From assembly GCA_019057815.1 (NCBI GenBank), contig JAHLWR010000004.1:32001-96000 (forward strand): a DNA stretch of 64,000 bases, in the 5' to 3' direction. Source of the stretch: Candidatus Heimdallarchaeota archaeon. Its GTDB lineage: Archaea; Asgardarchaeota; Heimdallarchaeia; Heimdallarchaeales; Heimdallarchaeaceae. Both the position numbers and the translations under genes were made by a program. How positions within the stretch are numbered: position 1 is the stretch's first letter; each line of letters opens with the position of its first letter. Positions 48,420-58,635 of this stretch are shown one piece after another. The notes under the pieces are model-generated. The model did no database searches and was not told the DNA's origin. It saw nothing but the letters and a program-made list of their open reading frames with translations.

Positions 48420-50477
48420 ATAATATAACATGATTTTATCATCTTGGTAGGTCAAATTATGAAAAGGCAAGCAAAACGATCTAAAATTTCAATTAGAAGA
48501 GTTTTATGTGTTTTAATGTTAATTGTTGGAATAAGTACGTTCTCTAGTATGAGAGCAAATGCTACAACTGTCTCTTATGACCTACCATCTTACTCCTCAC
48601 TTACCCCACATGATTCTATATCCATTACTTCTGATATTGATTTTGGGGTTTTTCCTGGTTTAGGAACGGAAGAAGATCCTTATGTTATTGAGGGATATAA
48701 CATTACAACAACGAGTACAAACGGCATTATAACAGCGAGTACAAAGGGTATTTATATTACTGATACAACAAAATATTTCATTATTCGTAATTGCCTAGTA
48801 GATGCAGACTATGGCATTTATATTGATGATGTAGCTGATGGTACAACAACTGTCATCAACAACACGTGCAGCAATAACAACTATGGTATCTCTCTTTTCT
48901 ATTCTGGTAATTCTACTGTTGCCAACAACACTTGTAGCAACAATAACAACTTAGGCATCTGGCTTTGGTATTCTGGCAGTTCTACTGTTGCCAACAACAT
49001 GTGCAACAACAATGGCCATGGCATCTATCTTTTGGATTCTGGCTGTTCTACTGTTACCAATAACACCTGCAGCAACAACGGCTGGGGTATCTCTTTTAGG
49101 TTTTCTAATAGTTCTACTGTTGCTAACAACATGTGCAACAACAATGACTATGACGGCATCGAGCTTGAGGATTCTAGCAGTTCGACAGTGGCAAACAACA
49201 CATGTAACAACAACTACTGGGGCATCTCCCTTTCCTCTTCTGGGAGTTCTACTGTTGCCAACAACACTTTTACTGATTGTGGTTTATGTATAAATGAAAA
49301 TACCCTTGATGCTTACCTCTCATATACTTTGGAGAATAATTGGGTGAATGGGAAAAAACTAGGTTTTTACACTAACCTTGACTCTACGATAATTGATGAA
49401 CCAGTTTATGGTCAATTAATCTTAGTCAATTGTACTAATGTGATAGTACGTGACCAAATATTAAATAGCGCTACAGCTGGTCTATCTCTCTACTCCTGTA
49501 CATATTCAGTTGTTATTAACAACACATGCAGTAACAATGACGATGATGGCATCAATCTTCGATATTCTGGCAGTTCGACTATTGTTAACAACACGTGCAA
49601 CAGCAACTGGGTAGGCATCGCGCTTGAGTATTCTGGCAGTTCTGCTGTTGAAAACAACACATGCACAAGCAACAAAATGGGTATCTCACTTTACCATTCT
49701 TGGAGTTCTACTGCTACTAAAAACACATGCAACAATAACTGGGAAGGCATCTCACTTTCCTCTTCTAGTAGTGCTACAGTGACCAACAACACATGCAACA
49801 ACAATATTAAATGTGGCATCCATCTTTCCTCTTCTGATAGTTCTACTATTGCCAACAACACGTGTAGCAATAACAACTATGGCATCATACTTTATGGTTC
49901 TGGTTTTTGTGTCGTTACTTACAATCTTCTACAAGGAAATGAAGTATATGGAATATACTTACATGATATCTATTTAGGGTACTACTATGTAGGATACCAT
50001 TATATTTATTCTGATAATAATCTTATTCACCATAATAACTTTGTAGACAACAATCTAGGAGGAACTTCCCAAGCTTATGATTCTGGATCTAACAACTTCT
50101 GGTATGATACTGTAACACAAGAGGGCAACTACTGGTCCGATTGGTCAGGAACTGGTAATTATTCTATTGATGGTGATGAAAGTTCAATCGATCTTTACCC
50201 TCTTGATGAACCTGTTGAATATTCTACAGATGAAACTCAAATATTATTCACGCTTACTCTGCTAATAGTAGTAGTTCCTTTGATACTCATAAAATTATTC
50301 TCTCGAAAAAGACGATAAGAAGATTAAACGATAGTTCTTTCTTCTTTTTTTTCGCTTATATATTTTTAACCACAATGGTTTTGTTTTCAAAATCAATTCT
50401 ATCTTTTTGAATGCAGAAAAATTTTCGTAATAATCAAATAACGATTTATCTAAGAATAAATTTATCAAAGAAGATCT
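48420..50477 (+). repeat. Right copy of the inverted paralogous beta-helix unit
   Basis: Shares coding and non-coding homology with 30760-32947 in the opposite orientation. Confidence 0.85.
48459..50318 (+). CDS. Membrane-anchored right-handed parallel beta-helix (NosD/PbH1) surface protein
   Basis: Close paralog of 30905-32908: same leader, ENNWVNGKK...EPVYGQL block and DLYPLDEPVEYSTDETQI anchor. Confidence 0.9.
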   Translation: MKRQAKRSKISIRRVLCVLMLIVGISTFSSMRANATTVSYDLPSYSSLTPHDSISITSDIDFGVFPGLGTEEDPYVIEGYNITTTSTNGIITASTKGIYITDTTKYFIIRNCLVDADYGIYIDDVADGTTTVINNTCSNNNYGISLFYSGNSTVANNTCSNNNNLGIWLWYSGSSTVANNMCNNNGHGIYLLDSGCSTVTNNTCSNNGWGISFRFSNSSTVANNMCNNNDYDGIELEDSSSSTVANNTCNNNYWGISLSSSGSSTVANNTFTDCGLCINENTLDAYLSYTLENNWVNGKKLGFYTNLDSTIIDEPVYGQLILVNCTNVIVRDQILNSATAGLSLYSCTYSVVINNTCSNNDDDGINLRYSGSSTIVNNTCNSNWVGIALEYSGSSAVENNTCTSNKMGISLYHSWSSTATKNTCNNNWEGISLSSSSSATVTNNTCNNNIKCGIHLSSSDSSTIANNTCSNNNYGIILYGSGFCVVTYNLLQGNEVYGIYLHDIYLGYYYVGYHYIYSDNNLIHHNNFVDNNLGGTSQAYDSGSNNFWYDTVTQEGNYWSDWSGTGNYSIDGDESSIDLYPLDEPVEYSTDETQILFTLTLLIVVVPLILIKLFSRKRR

Positions 50478-50592
50478 GAAGGGCTCTTGAAGCGAAAGAT
50501 TGCTGTATAATAAAAGTGTAAAAAAAATAAGACTATAGGAGTATTACGTACCTTTTAGTAAAGGTCACCACCTTCTTAACAAGGTAACTTAA

Positions 50593-51315
50593 ATGAAACG
50601 TTGTATTATTTATGCACGAACCTCTACTGCTGATCAAGAATCAGGTTTGGAAACTCAAATCGATGATGTAACGTCAAAAATATATCAAGCAGGCGAAAGG
50701 GAGATTGTTAAAATCATAAAAGATGAAGATTGCCCAGGAGACAGTGATCCTGAATATAGAGCGGGTTTTAAGGAAATTCTTATTATGGCCTCAGAAGGAC
50801 AATTTGAAGAGATATGGAGTCAATCTAGAGATAGATTATCTAGAGATGTAGACATTCTTGGATATATTCGAGTTATATTAAAGAAAAAAGATATTTCAAT
50901 AGTTTGTTTAGATGATGAAGATAATAAAACCATAACTCGTATTAAAGACCTTTTTGGAGAGATGGAGCTAGAGAAGTATAGAGAAAAAAGATACAAGGGA
51001 ATGATGAGACGAATAAACGAGAAAAAAGTTATGTCAAGACCTCCTTTCGGCTATGCAGTGGGAGATAGTGGTTCACTATTAGTTGACGAAAGTAAAAGAG
51101 GGATAATTAGACGTCTTTTTAGTGAATTTGATAACCCTTTTGCTTCACTGAAAACCCTCAGTATCAAATATAACATTCCTGTTTCAACTTTAAGGAATAT
51201 TCGTTCAAATGAAGTCTACAGAACTGGAGCTGTTCGATGGGCTGGAAAGATAGCATATTACATCGAGCCAATTGTCCCAGAAAATACAGATCAGATGTTG
51301 TATGTAAAAGATTAG
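50593..51315 (+). CDS. Serine recombinase (resolvase catalytic domain plus short recombinase domain)
   Basis: IIYARTST..Q with catalytic Ser, RAGF, RDRLSR, PPFGY and IRSNEVYRTG. Confidence 0.9.
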   Translation: MKRCIIYARTSTADQESGLETQIDDVTSKIYQAGEREIVKIIKDEDCPGDSDPEYRAGFKEILIMASEGQFEEIWSQSRDRLSRDVDILGYIRVILKKKDISIVCLDDEDNKTITRIKDLFGEMELEKYREKRYKGMMRRINEKKVMSRPPFGYAVGDSGSLLVDESKRGIIRRLFSEFDNPFASLKTLSIKYNIPVSTLRNIRSNEVYRTGAVRWAGKIAYYIEPIVPENTDQMLYVKD

Positions 51316-51364
51316 TTCTGTTGTACATTCTCTTTCTTTTTCTTTATTCATGCAGCTTAAGGAT

Positions 51365-52246
51365 TTAATCTTTTTTAATCTGTAATTTAACATTAGGAAT
51401 GCTGGTACTATATCCAAATTCTGTTAAATATCCAGTTATCAAACTTCCAGGAATCATCTCGAAATATGGATTAAGTATATCTAAATTATCTGGTATTTCG
51501 TGTTTCCAAATCTCTTTTTGGGGATAATCTATAGTATTGAACTTTGAGGTTTGTTGAAGTAGTTTTAGTGTTGAACTGACTACAACAACAGGAATTTTAA
51601 ATTTTCTAGCTAGCAGAGCAAGTGCATATGATCCTACTTTGTTGACAATATTACCATTAGGAAACAAAGTATCTGCACCAATCAATATGTAATCTGGTTT
51701 GAATTTCTTGATTGCAACGGTCATTGCTGCGTCGATAAGGTAATGCACCTTATATCCACTCTTACTTGTTTCTAGAGCTAGTTTTTCTCCTTCTTTGGTT
51801 GGTCGAGATTCAAAAATAACCAACTCAGGTAAGTTATTGTACCCCTTTCTGAGTAATTCTCTCAAACCTTTTCGGATTGTGCTAGATCTGGAAAATGTCA
51901 TAATCATTTTCACTTTTTGTAGGTACAAAACTAGTTCTCTAGTAAGATTTTCAGATTCTTGATCTATTCTAGATAAAACTTTATCAGATAATTCTTTTAT
52001 TGGAACTCCTTTTTGATAGAAATCAACAAAATAGATCCAAATATTTCTTAAAGGAGCCATTTCAGACTTCAATGAAGAAACTAGCTTGAAGAGTTCAAAC
52101 AAGTCATTTATATTTTTATAATATTCCGTATTCTCTTCTAATTCCTCTTTTATTAGAAATATAGCTTTCTTGAGAATCTCCGCTGCACCACTAATATTAT
52201 CTCTTTTAAGCTCAGCGATTCTTGTTCTGAATTTTGAGGAACTCAC
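51365..52246 (-). CDS. eIF-2B alpha/beta/delta-family protein (aIF-2B / sugar-phosphate isomerase-like)
   Basis: DNISGA, MAPLRN, TFSRSST, ESRPTKEG, IDAA, IGAD, NKVGS and NPYFE. Confidence 0.85.
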   Translation of the reverse strand: MSSSKFRTRIAELKRDNISGAAEILKKAIFLIKEELEENTEYYKNINDLFELFKLVSSLKSEMAPLRNIWIYFVDFYQKGVPIKELSDKVLSRIDQESENLTRELVLYLQKVKMIMTFSRSSTIRKGLRELLRKGYNNLPELVIFESRPTKEGEKLALETSKSGYKVHYLIDAAMTVAIKKFKPDYILIGADTLFPNGNIVNKVGSYALALLARKFKIPVVVVSSTLKLLQQTSKFNTIDYPQKEIWKHEIPDNLDILNPYFEMIPGSLITGYLTEFGYSTSIPNVKLQIKKD

Positions 52247-52371
52247 TATTTAGATATATAATTTTGTACTTATAAAGTTGTTTTTCAGAACTTGGGAATA
52301 ATATCTTGAAATAAAACCAATATCTATCCAATAGAAAAAAATCTAAAAAGACATTCTTTATTCTCATTCTA

Positions 52372-53280
52372 ATGGGTAGCATTTGGTTTACTTTTTCAAT
52401 ATTATCTGGGTTGTTGTCTTTTGCATCTTATAATATAGGCTTTGCTTTGGAGAAAAAAGCTGTAAAAAACCTTTCAGAAGAAATTAAATCTAATACACTA
52501 CTCATGTACAGAACATTAATCACTAACCATTTATGGTTAACTGGGTTGTTGCTTACTATAGTCAGCATTTTCTTATACTTTATCGCATTACTTTGGGCAC
52601 CTTTAAGCGCTATTGCTCCTCTTTCAGGATTTGGTCTCATAGTTTTGGTAATATACGCCCATTTAGACCTTAAGGAATCACTGAAGAAATTGGAAATTGT
52701 AGCAATATTTCTGATAGTAATTGGAATAAGTGTATCTTCATATCTTATAAGCAAAGATACAGCTGGTGTTAATTGGGAAGAATGGAAAGTGATTATTATA
52801 TCCATTCCTAGTCTAATCGTTTTGGTTGCAAGTGTTTTTGTAAGTTTGGTTTTTGCAATACATACATTTCTAAAAAAGAAGTATTATGCGTCACTTTCTT
52901 TTGCACTATTTGCAGGAGTAGCTTCAGGATTACAATCAGTATTTATCAAAGGAACTTCCATCTGGTTCTCTGAAGATGATTGGAAATTGAACGGTGGTAA
53001 TGTTACATTGCACTTCTTTCTTATTCTTCTGACAGCTTTAATATCAACAGGAGTCTTACAAATAGCTTTTAGAAAAGGAAAAATATCAAACATTATGGCA
53101 CTCTATAATGGTGTTATGACGATTCTCCCAATCACTTTCGGTGGATTGGTTTTGAAGGAGTGGCTACATTTGGATGGTGTAGGACAGTTTTTTCTGTTTT
53201 TTGCAATCTTCTTAACAATTATAGGCATTATAATATTAAGTTTCAAACATCATCAATATCATTCTGATAATAATCGGTAA
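52372..53280 (+). CDS. DMT-superfamily transporter, NIPA (Mg2+ transporter)-like
   Basis: About 9 TM helices; G..LEKK, WLTGL, AL.WAPLSAIAPL, LKE and LQ.A motifs. Confidence 0.65.
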   Translation: MGSIWFTFSILSGLLSFASYNIGFALEKKAVKNLSEEIKSNTLLMYRTLITNHLWLTGLLLTIVSIFLYFIALLWAPLSAIAPLSGFGLIVLVIYAHLDLKESLKKLEIVAIFLIVIGISVSSYLISKDTAGVNWEEWKVIIISIPSLIVLVASVFVSLVFAIHTFLKKKYYASLSFALFAGVASGLQSVFIKGTSIWFSEDDWKLNGGNVTLHFFLILLTALISTGVLQIAFRKGKISNIMALYNGVMTILPITFGGLVLKEWLHLDGVGQFFLFFAIFLTIIGIIILSFKHHQYHSDNNR

Positions 53281-54608
53281 ATCCTTTTTTCTACTTCTTC
53301 CATAACCCTTTCTTCATCATGTGATTCAAATTTTCTGTTTTCAGTAATTACTTTTCCATTAACTATTACATTCTCAACATCATTACCTTTCATTGAATAC
53401 GCAAAATGACTGATAATTGAATTATCAGAACTAATAGGCGTCAAATGAGGTTTCTTCAAGTTTATTGTTATAATATCAGCTAAAGTATTCTTTTCAAGAG
53501 TACCTATACCTGGCCAATGTAGTGTTTCCATCCCTCCAAGAGTTGCCATCTTGAATATCTGTGATGCTTTGATTACTGTAGAATCCTGAAGATATCCTTT
53601 GTAATATAATCCCAAATATCTTATAGTATCAAAAAGATCCAAAGTGTTATTGCTAGCTGGACCATCAGTACCTAGACCTAGAATACACTTCTTATCGATC
53701 ATTTCTTTAACTCTTGGCATTTTATTTCCAAGTTTTGAATTCGATACGGGATTTAGAGCTATTCCTACCTTATTCTGAGAGAGTAAGTCAATGTCTTTTT
53801 CTGTTAAATGAATGCAATGAGCTGCTAAAAGATGATCATCTAGTATACCAATTTCTTGGAAATATTCTACAATTGTTTTAACATTTGGAAAGTTTTCTCC
53901 ATGTTTTATATTAAAAGCGCGACATTGTTCCAATTCGTCTTTAGCTTCAGCCAAATGAGTATGCATAAGAACAAGCGGTTTATCTGGGTTTTTCTCATTA
54001 TATTCTTTTATTTTCAAGAAAGATTGTCTGTAATCCAAAGCTGTGGCAGTGTAGGGTGCATGAGGTGTTATATTTACTCGAATTAGTGAATCAGCTGTAT
54101 CATGATGCTCTTCAACCAATTTAAATGAATCAGAAAGATTTACTTTTTCAGTGAGTACAGGTGCTCCTATCATCCCTCTTAAACCCATATCTGCCATAGC
54201 AAGAGCTTCTTGTTCTGGATACCAATACATAGAAGAGGTGGTTGTAACGCCAGATAGGAGCGATTCTATAGCTCCAAGTTTTGCACCATAATACACATCA
54301 GTATCTGATAATTTTTCTTCAAGGGACCAAATATGATCTTTCAACCAAACTTCTAAAGGTAAATCGTCAGCAACTCCTCTAAATAATGTCATGGAAAGAT
54401 GAGTATGACAATTAACCAATCCTGGAAGAAGTAATTGATTATCATCACCGATAACATCATGTCCAGAAATATTCTGTTTGATTTTTTTAAAAGAATCGAT
54501 ATCTATTATTTGATTATCTTCAACTATAATTAAAGGGTCTTTTGTAAAAATTAGTTTCCCAGTTTGATCATAGTAAATTGCTAGTCTACCTCGGATAGCT
54601 AAATCCAT
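53259..54608 (-). CDS. Amidohydrolase, MTA/SAH deaminase-like
   Basis: PGLVNCHTH, PHAPYT, HTHLAE, AHCIHL and LGTDGPASNN. Confidence 0.85.
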   Translation of the reverse strand: MDLAIRGRLAIYYDQTGKLIFTKDPLIIVEDNQIIDIDSFKKIKQNISGHDVIGDDNQLLLPGLVNCHTHLSMTLFRGVADDLPLEVWLKDHIWSLEEKLSDTDVYYGAKLGAIESLLSGVTTTSSMYWYPEQEALAMADMGLRGMIGAPVLTEKVNLSDSFKLVEEHHDTADSLIRVNITPHAPYTATALDYRQSFLKIKEYNEKNPDKPLVLMHTHLAEAKDELEQCRAFNIKHGENFPNVKTIVEYFQEIGILDDHLLAAHCIHLTEKDIDLLSQNKVGIALNPVSNSKLGNKMPRVKEMIDKKCILGLGTDGPASNNTLDLFDTIRYLGLYYKGYLQDSTVIKASQIFKMATLGGMETLHWPGIGTLEKNTLADIITINLKKPHLTPISSDNSIISHFAYSMKGNDVENVIVNGKVITENRKFESHDEERVMEEVEKRIYRLLSE

Positions 54609-54638
54609 AAGAAAAAGAAAAAGTAATGATTTAAGAGT

Positions 54639-55730
54639 TTAATCCTCTGGAACTTCGTCAAATTCCATTATTCTTGGCTTACCATATGGGAAGTATTTTT
54701 CCACCAGTTCTGTTATCTCCTCTTGTCCCATTTGTGGTTCGAAATCATCCATTACATTACACAGAGCTTGACGAACTTGTACTGTTGGAAATTCACAATT
54801 CACAAAACCTACATAATCACCTTTTTTTTCCAGCATAAGAGAGTAATTTTCTAAATCTATTTCTCTAGGAAATACATCTTTGCCAATCAGGTGTCCTGCG
54901 AAGTTAGCAATAGCTGTAGCAACACCTGAAATCAAATGTTCATCAACATCATACTCAGCAATAAATAACCCTGCGTAAACACTCAATCCATTTGTGTCAA
55001 AAACGTGCACTGATAAAACTCTAGATGATCCATACATTGTTCTTTTACCCCCCCAGATCATCCCTATTCCTACCATTGAAGTTCCTATAGCTACGGTTAC
55101 AAGCTCTAAGTGTAAAATTGCTGGTACTTGCGCAACTGCATAAATCGCGTAAAAAATTCCACTAAGGAAGAAAGCTATAAATGCACCAATTATCATGAAG
55201 TTGATCACTTTTTTTTGTTGTTCCTCAACAAATTTCCTTTGACGCCCAAAGTAGTAAACCATTATTGTACCGGCGAATAGAACCAATCCCGCATCAAATA
55301 TTACCCAAACAATATGCGCTTCAGTAACTATGAAATCTAATTCTGTATTATAAGAAACATCATAAACAGCTTTTGCAAAAGTCATAGCTATTGTTCCACC
55401 GAAGAGCGTGAAAGCGAAAGCTACAGATTTAGAGTTTAAGGTTCTTCTTGCGCTCAAAACCCTAGCGAAAAGCACAGCAGCAATCATGGCAATCATACTA
55501 CACACAGTAGCGATTCGAGAGAAAATGAGAGCGGTACTTTCGTTACCTGGTTTACTAATCACTATTTGTACCAAATTAGAAGCTATCCATCCAATAAGTC
55601 CAAATAGAAGAATAAGAAAATAATAAACAGCGGAAGAAGCAAGTTCAAATTGCTTGATGACTACAATTACTATTACGCTGATAATAACAGCAAGGGAAAC
55701 AATACAGTAAACTAATGACAGAATATTCAT
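54639..55730 (-). CDS. 7TM membrane protein with C-terminal longin-like domain
   Basis: Seven hydrophobic helices followed by VHVFDTNGLSVY...DEHLISGVATAIANFA...EIDL, an Asgard longin-like pattern. Confidence 0.7.
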   Translation of the reverse strand: MNILSLVYCIVSLAVIISVIVIVVIKQFELASSAVYYFLILLFGLIGWIASNLVQIVISKPGNESTALIFSRIATVCSMIAMIAAVLFARVLSARRTLNSKSVAFAFTLFGGTIAMTFAKAVYDVSYNTELDFIVTEAHIVWVIFDAGLVLFAGTIMVYYFGRQRKFVEEQQKKVINFMIIGAFIAFFLSGIFYAIYAVAQVPAILHLELVTVAIGTSMVGIGMIWGGKRTMYGSSRVLSVHVFDTNGLSVYAGLFIAEYDVDEHLISGVATAIANFAGHLIGKDVFPREIDLENYSLMLEKKGDYVGFVNCEFPTVQVRQALCNVMDDFEPQMGQEEITELVEKYFPYGKPRIMEFDEVPED

Positions 55731-55840
55731 CTTGTAATGTATTTTCTTAGTTTAATTTAAACTTAATGCAGAAATTAGAAAAGTTGGTTTTAATGGTAAT
55801 ATCTAGACATTCTAAATCCTCTTTATTGAACAAAACATTG

Positions 55841-56911
55841 TTATTCCTCTTTGTAATATTTTTGAGGTCGATAAGGGTATATATAGATTTCTAGATTGCA
55901 GTTAGGGCATTTGAAATCTTTTGTGATATTCGTGTAAGTTATAGTAAACTGATCTCTTCTGTATATAAGTTCAGAGCATTTCGAACAATATGTGTTTTGT
56001 AGAGGATGTCCAGGTATATTGCCTATGTAAACATATTCTAAACCTAGCTTCTTGGCTAATGAATGCACTTCCTGCAAAGTAGAAGTGGGTGTTTTTGGAA
56101 TAGAGTATAGATATGAAGGTGAATATCCCGTAAAGTGAACAGGTATAGTAGGGGAAAGTTCATTCTTTATTCTATTAACAAATTCTTCAATTTGCTCAAC
56201 TTCATCATTTAGTGTGGGGATAACTAGATAAACAAGTTCAATGTGAACTTCTTTTTCAGATGCATATTTGATATTTTCCCAGATGTAATCGCTATTTATC
56301 TGCAAGTGTTGATTCATAACGTCTTTTGAACCTTTAAAACTAACAGTCATAGAGTTTAATCCTGAATCTATAAGCATTGTTAAAGCATCTTTAGTCATAT
56401 ATCCATTAGTAACATATTGCTTGAAATAACTAGAATCTAGCTGCTGCATAACATCAATAGAAAATTCTAAAGATAAGGTGGGCTCATTGAAAGAGAAAGA
56501 TATTCCTTCGATTATAGAGTTACTTTTCATGCTCTCAATAACCTTTTCAGGATCTAAAATACTCGAAAATTTGTAGTTCTCCGGAGGTGGTCTTTTTGAA
56601 ATATCGAAGTTCTGGCACCAATCACAAGGAAAATTACACCCCCAAGAACCTATAGTAAAAGCCATTTGGCTAGGGAAAAAGTGGTATGCTGGTTTCTTCT
56701 CTACTGGGTTTACAGAGTAACTTGATACATCTCCATATGATAAAGTGTAAAGTTTACCATCTATATTTTTTCTTGTTTTACAAAAACCCTCCTGATCTTT
56801 CTTAAGAACACATTGTCTTCTACAAGTATTACATTGAACATCATCATTATCTAAGCACTCGTAGAGATAGGCTTCTTTTATCCGAGGATCATCTGAAATC
56901 AAGTGTTTCAA
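55841..56911 (-). CDS. amrS: AmmeMemoRadiSam-system radical SAM enzyme
   Basis: CNTCRRQC...GFCKTRKN, PVEKKP.YHF, GCNFPCDWCQN, FNEPT and NTYCSKC...CPNC. Confidence 0.9.
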   Translation of the reverse strand: MKHLISDDPRIKEAYLYECLDNDDVQCNTCRRQCVLKKDQEGFCKTRKNIDGKLYTLSYGDVSSYSVNPVEKKPAYHFFPSQMAFTIGSWGCNFPCDWCQNFDISKRPPPENYKFSSILDPEKVIESMKSNSIIEGISFSFNEPTLSLEFSIDVMQQLDSSYFKQYVTNGYMTKDALTMLIDSGLNSMTVSFKGSKDVMNQHLQINSDYIWENIKYASEKEVHIELVYLVIPTLNDEVEQIEEFVNRIKNELSPTIPVHFTGYSPSYLYSIPKTPTSTLQEVHSLAKKLGLEYVYIGNIPGHPLQNTYCSKCSELIYRRDQFTITYTNITKDFKCPNCNLEIYIYPYRPQKYYKEE

Positions 56912-56992
56912 GTAATTAAATCAGCTACTTTTATTTTATACTTTTTGCAAAGAATTTGAAGCAATATACGAAATCAAAGGAGAAGAAAGAGA

Positions 56993-58471
56993 TTAGAGTT
57001 CTAAAAGGGCTCTTAATATAGGTAAGAATATACCTAAAGATGCGAGAATTTTTGGTCCCCAAGATTGAAGGTAGAATTTGATACCTTTCACAACTCTAAG
57101 ATTGAAAATCTGTGTTTCTATTGGGGCATCAGCTGTAGAGAAATCAATAGCTATTAAATTCGTTCCTATGTTCTCTGAATGGACAGAAATCCAAATTCCA
57201 GTTCCTTGATATAAGATTCCTGTAACCAACTTTACAAAAAGTCTTTTTTGTTGTGTCAATAAGCTATCTGTTTCTTTAGGTATGGTTACAAAATCGTCAT
57301 AAGGGATTAATTCGAAATCTATTTCAAAATCATGTGGTGATAGTTCATCTGCACCATTGAATCTCATAGTTATTTTCTGAGGGTTAGGGTCACCTCTTTT
57401 ACGGTTAAATAGAAGGAAGACTATATCTTGAGTCTCATCTTTCTTCTGAGTTGGAGGAACAGCTGAAGTGATCCAGAAGTCTTTTGAATCTATTATTTCT
57501 GGAGTTTCTCTTAATGTAAGAACAATTCGGTCTACTATTAAGAATACTTCTTTAGTTTCTTTTGTTAAATGTTCAAAGATATCCATCCATCGTTCAATGT
57601 TCAGTTGTTCTCCTCCCATGATGTAATCAACTTTATTTTCAGGGACTATTCTTAGCAACTCGTTCCTCAAAGTATCTATATCCATTACATCGGGGAGTCG
57701 AAAATGTAAATAAAGTAAGACAAGGATATTTTGAACAGCAATCCTTTGTCGTTTTACAGGAGGTTGTATTACTGGAGCAAAATCGATTTCTAAAGAGTCA
57801 GAGATTCTTTCGCACTATTTTATGAAATAAACTCTTGTGATAGGATCCAAAAGAGTATAAATTGAATCTGAAAAAAGAGATTCCAAAACATAAGGATGCC
57901 TTGATACAACATAATATCTAACCATAGTTCCCACTTTTAAACCTGAGATAGAGGGAATCCTGATAGCTATAGCAGCTGCAATTGTAAAAATCATACTACT
58001 TACAGAAAGATAAAGAGAGATCATTGAAACTGAATCAGCAGCTGAATCAGACAAGTTAAGGAACTTTGCTACGCTTTCCACTCCCCAGATTGAAAGAGTG
58101 AATATAGCCCATGAAAGAAGCGCGAAAAAAGAGATTATAAAAAGATAAAAATTACTTGCTTTATATTTTCGTTCAAGGTTCCTGAAACCCGCAGCAGAAT
58201 TGATTGGTGTGCCTTCTTTAGTTAATTTGTTAACTTCAGCATCAAAAGAAAGAGTTACTAGAATTGCGTTGAAGGCTAATATGAAACTGTTAAATACAAA
58301 ACCTACAAAAACTAAATTAACCCAATTGAAGAAAGTTTCACCTTCAAAATTAGCTGGATTAAAGGTGGATAAAGCTAATCCTACAACAATTACAACTGGT
58401 AAGATAAAAGTCAAACTAAAACCTATGAATCTTGAGTAGAAATTAATGATTCTTGCAAATGTTCTAGACAT
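56993..58471 (-). pseudogene. Membrane protein gene (about 492 aa) interrupted by a single in-frame TAG
   Basis: ORF 58471-57815 and ORF 57685-56993 are in the same frame. The 43 intervening codons are open; the only break is TAG at 57817-57815. Confidence 0.75.
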
Positions 58472-58635
58472 TGAAAAATGATTAGAGTTAACAAATATAT
58501 ATTTTGCCTAAAATAAATGAATCTACCAAAGAGATGTCAATAAATCTATTTTACTATTTTTCTATCTTTTTCTCATTTTTATAATTTTAAATAGAAAAAA
58601 TTATAACGACACATATTTAATCACAAAAGAGCAAT

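Noticed and set aside
30905-50318. AAC-rich repeats in the beta-helix genes as a diversity-generating retroelement target
   Set aside because: There is no reverse transcriptase in the window, differences between copies are not adenine-specific, and the Asn ladder explains the AAC runs.
50593-51315. The serine recombinase as the IS607 TnpA that mobilises the TnpB element
   Set aside because: It lacks the N-terminal MerR-like HTH of IS607 TnpA, has a C-terminal recombinase domain instead, and is 40 kb away.
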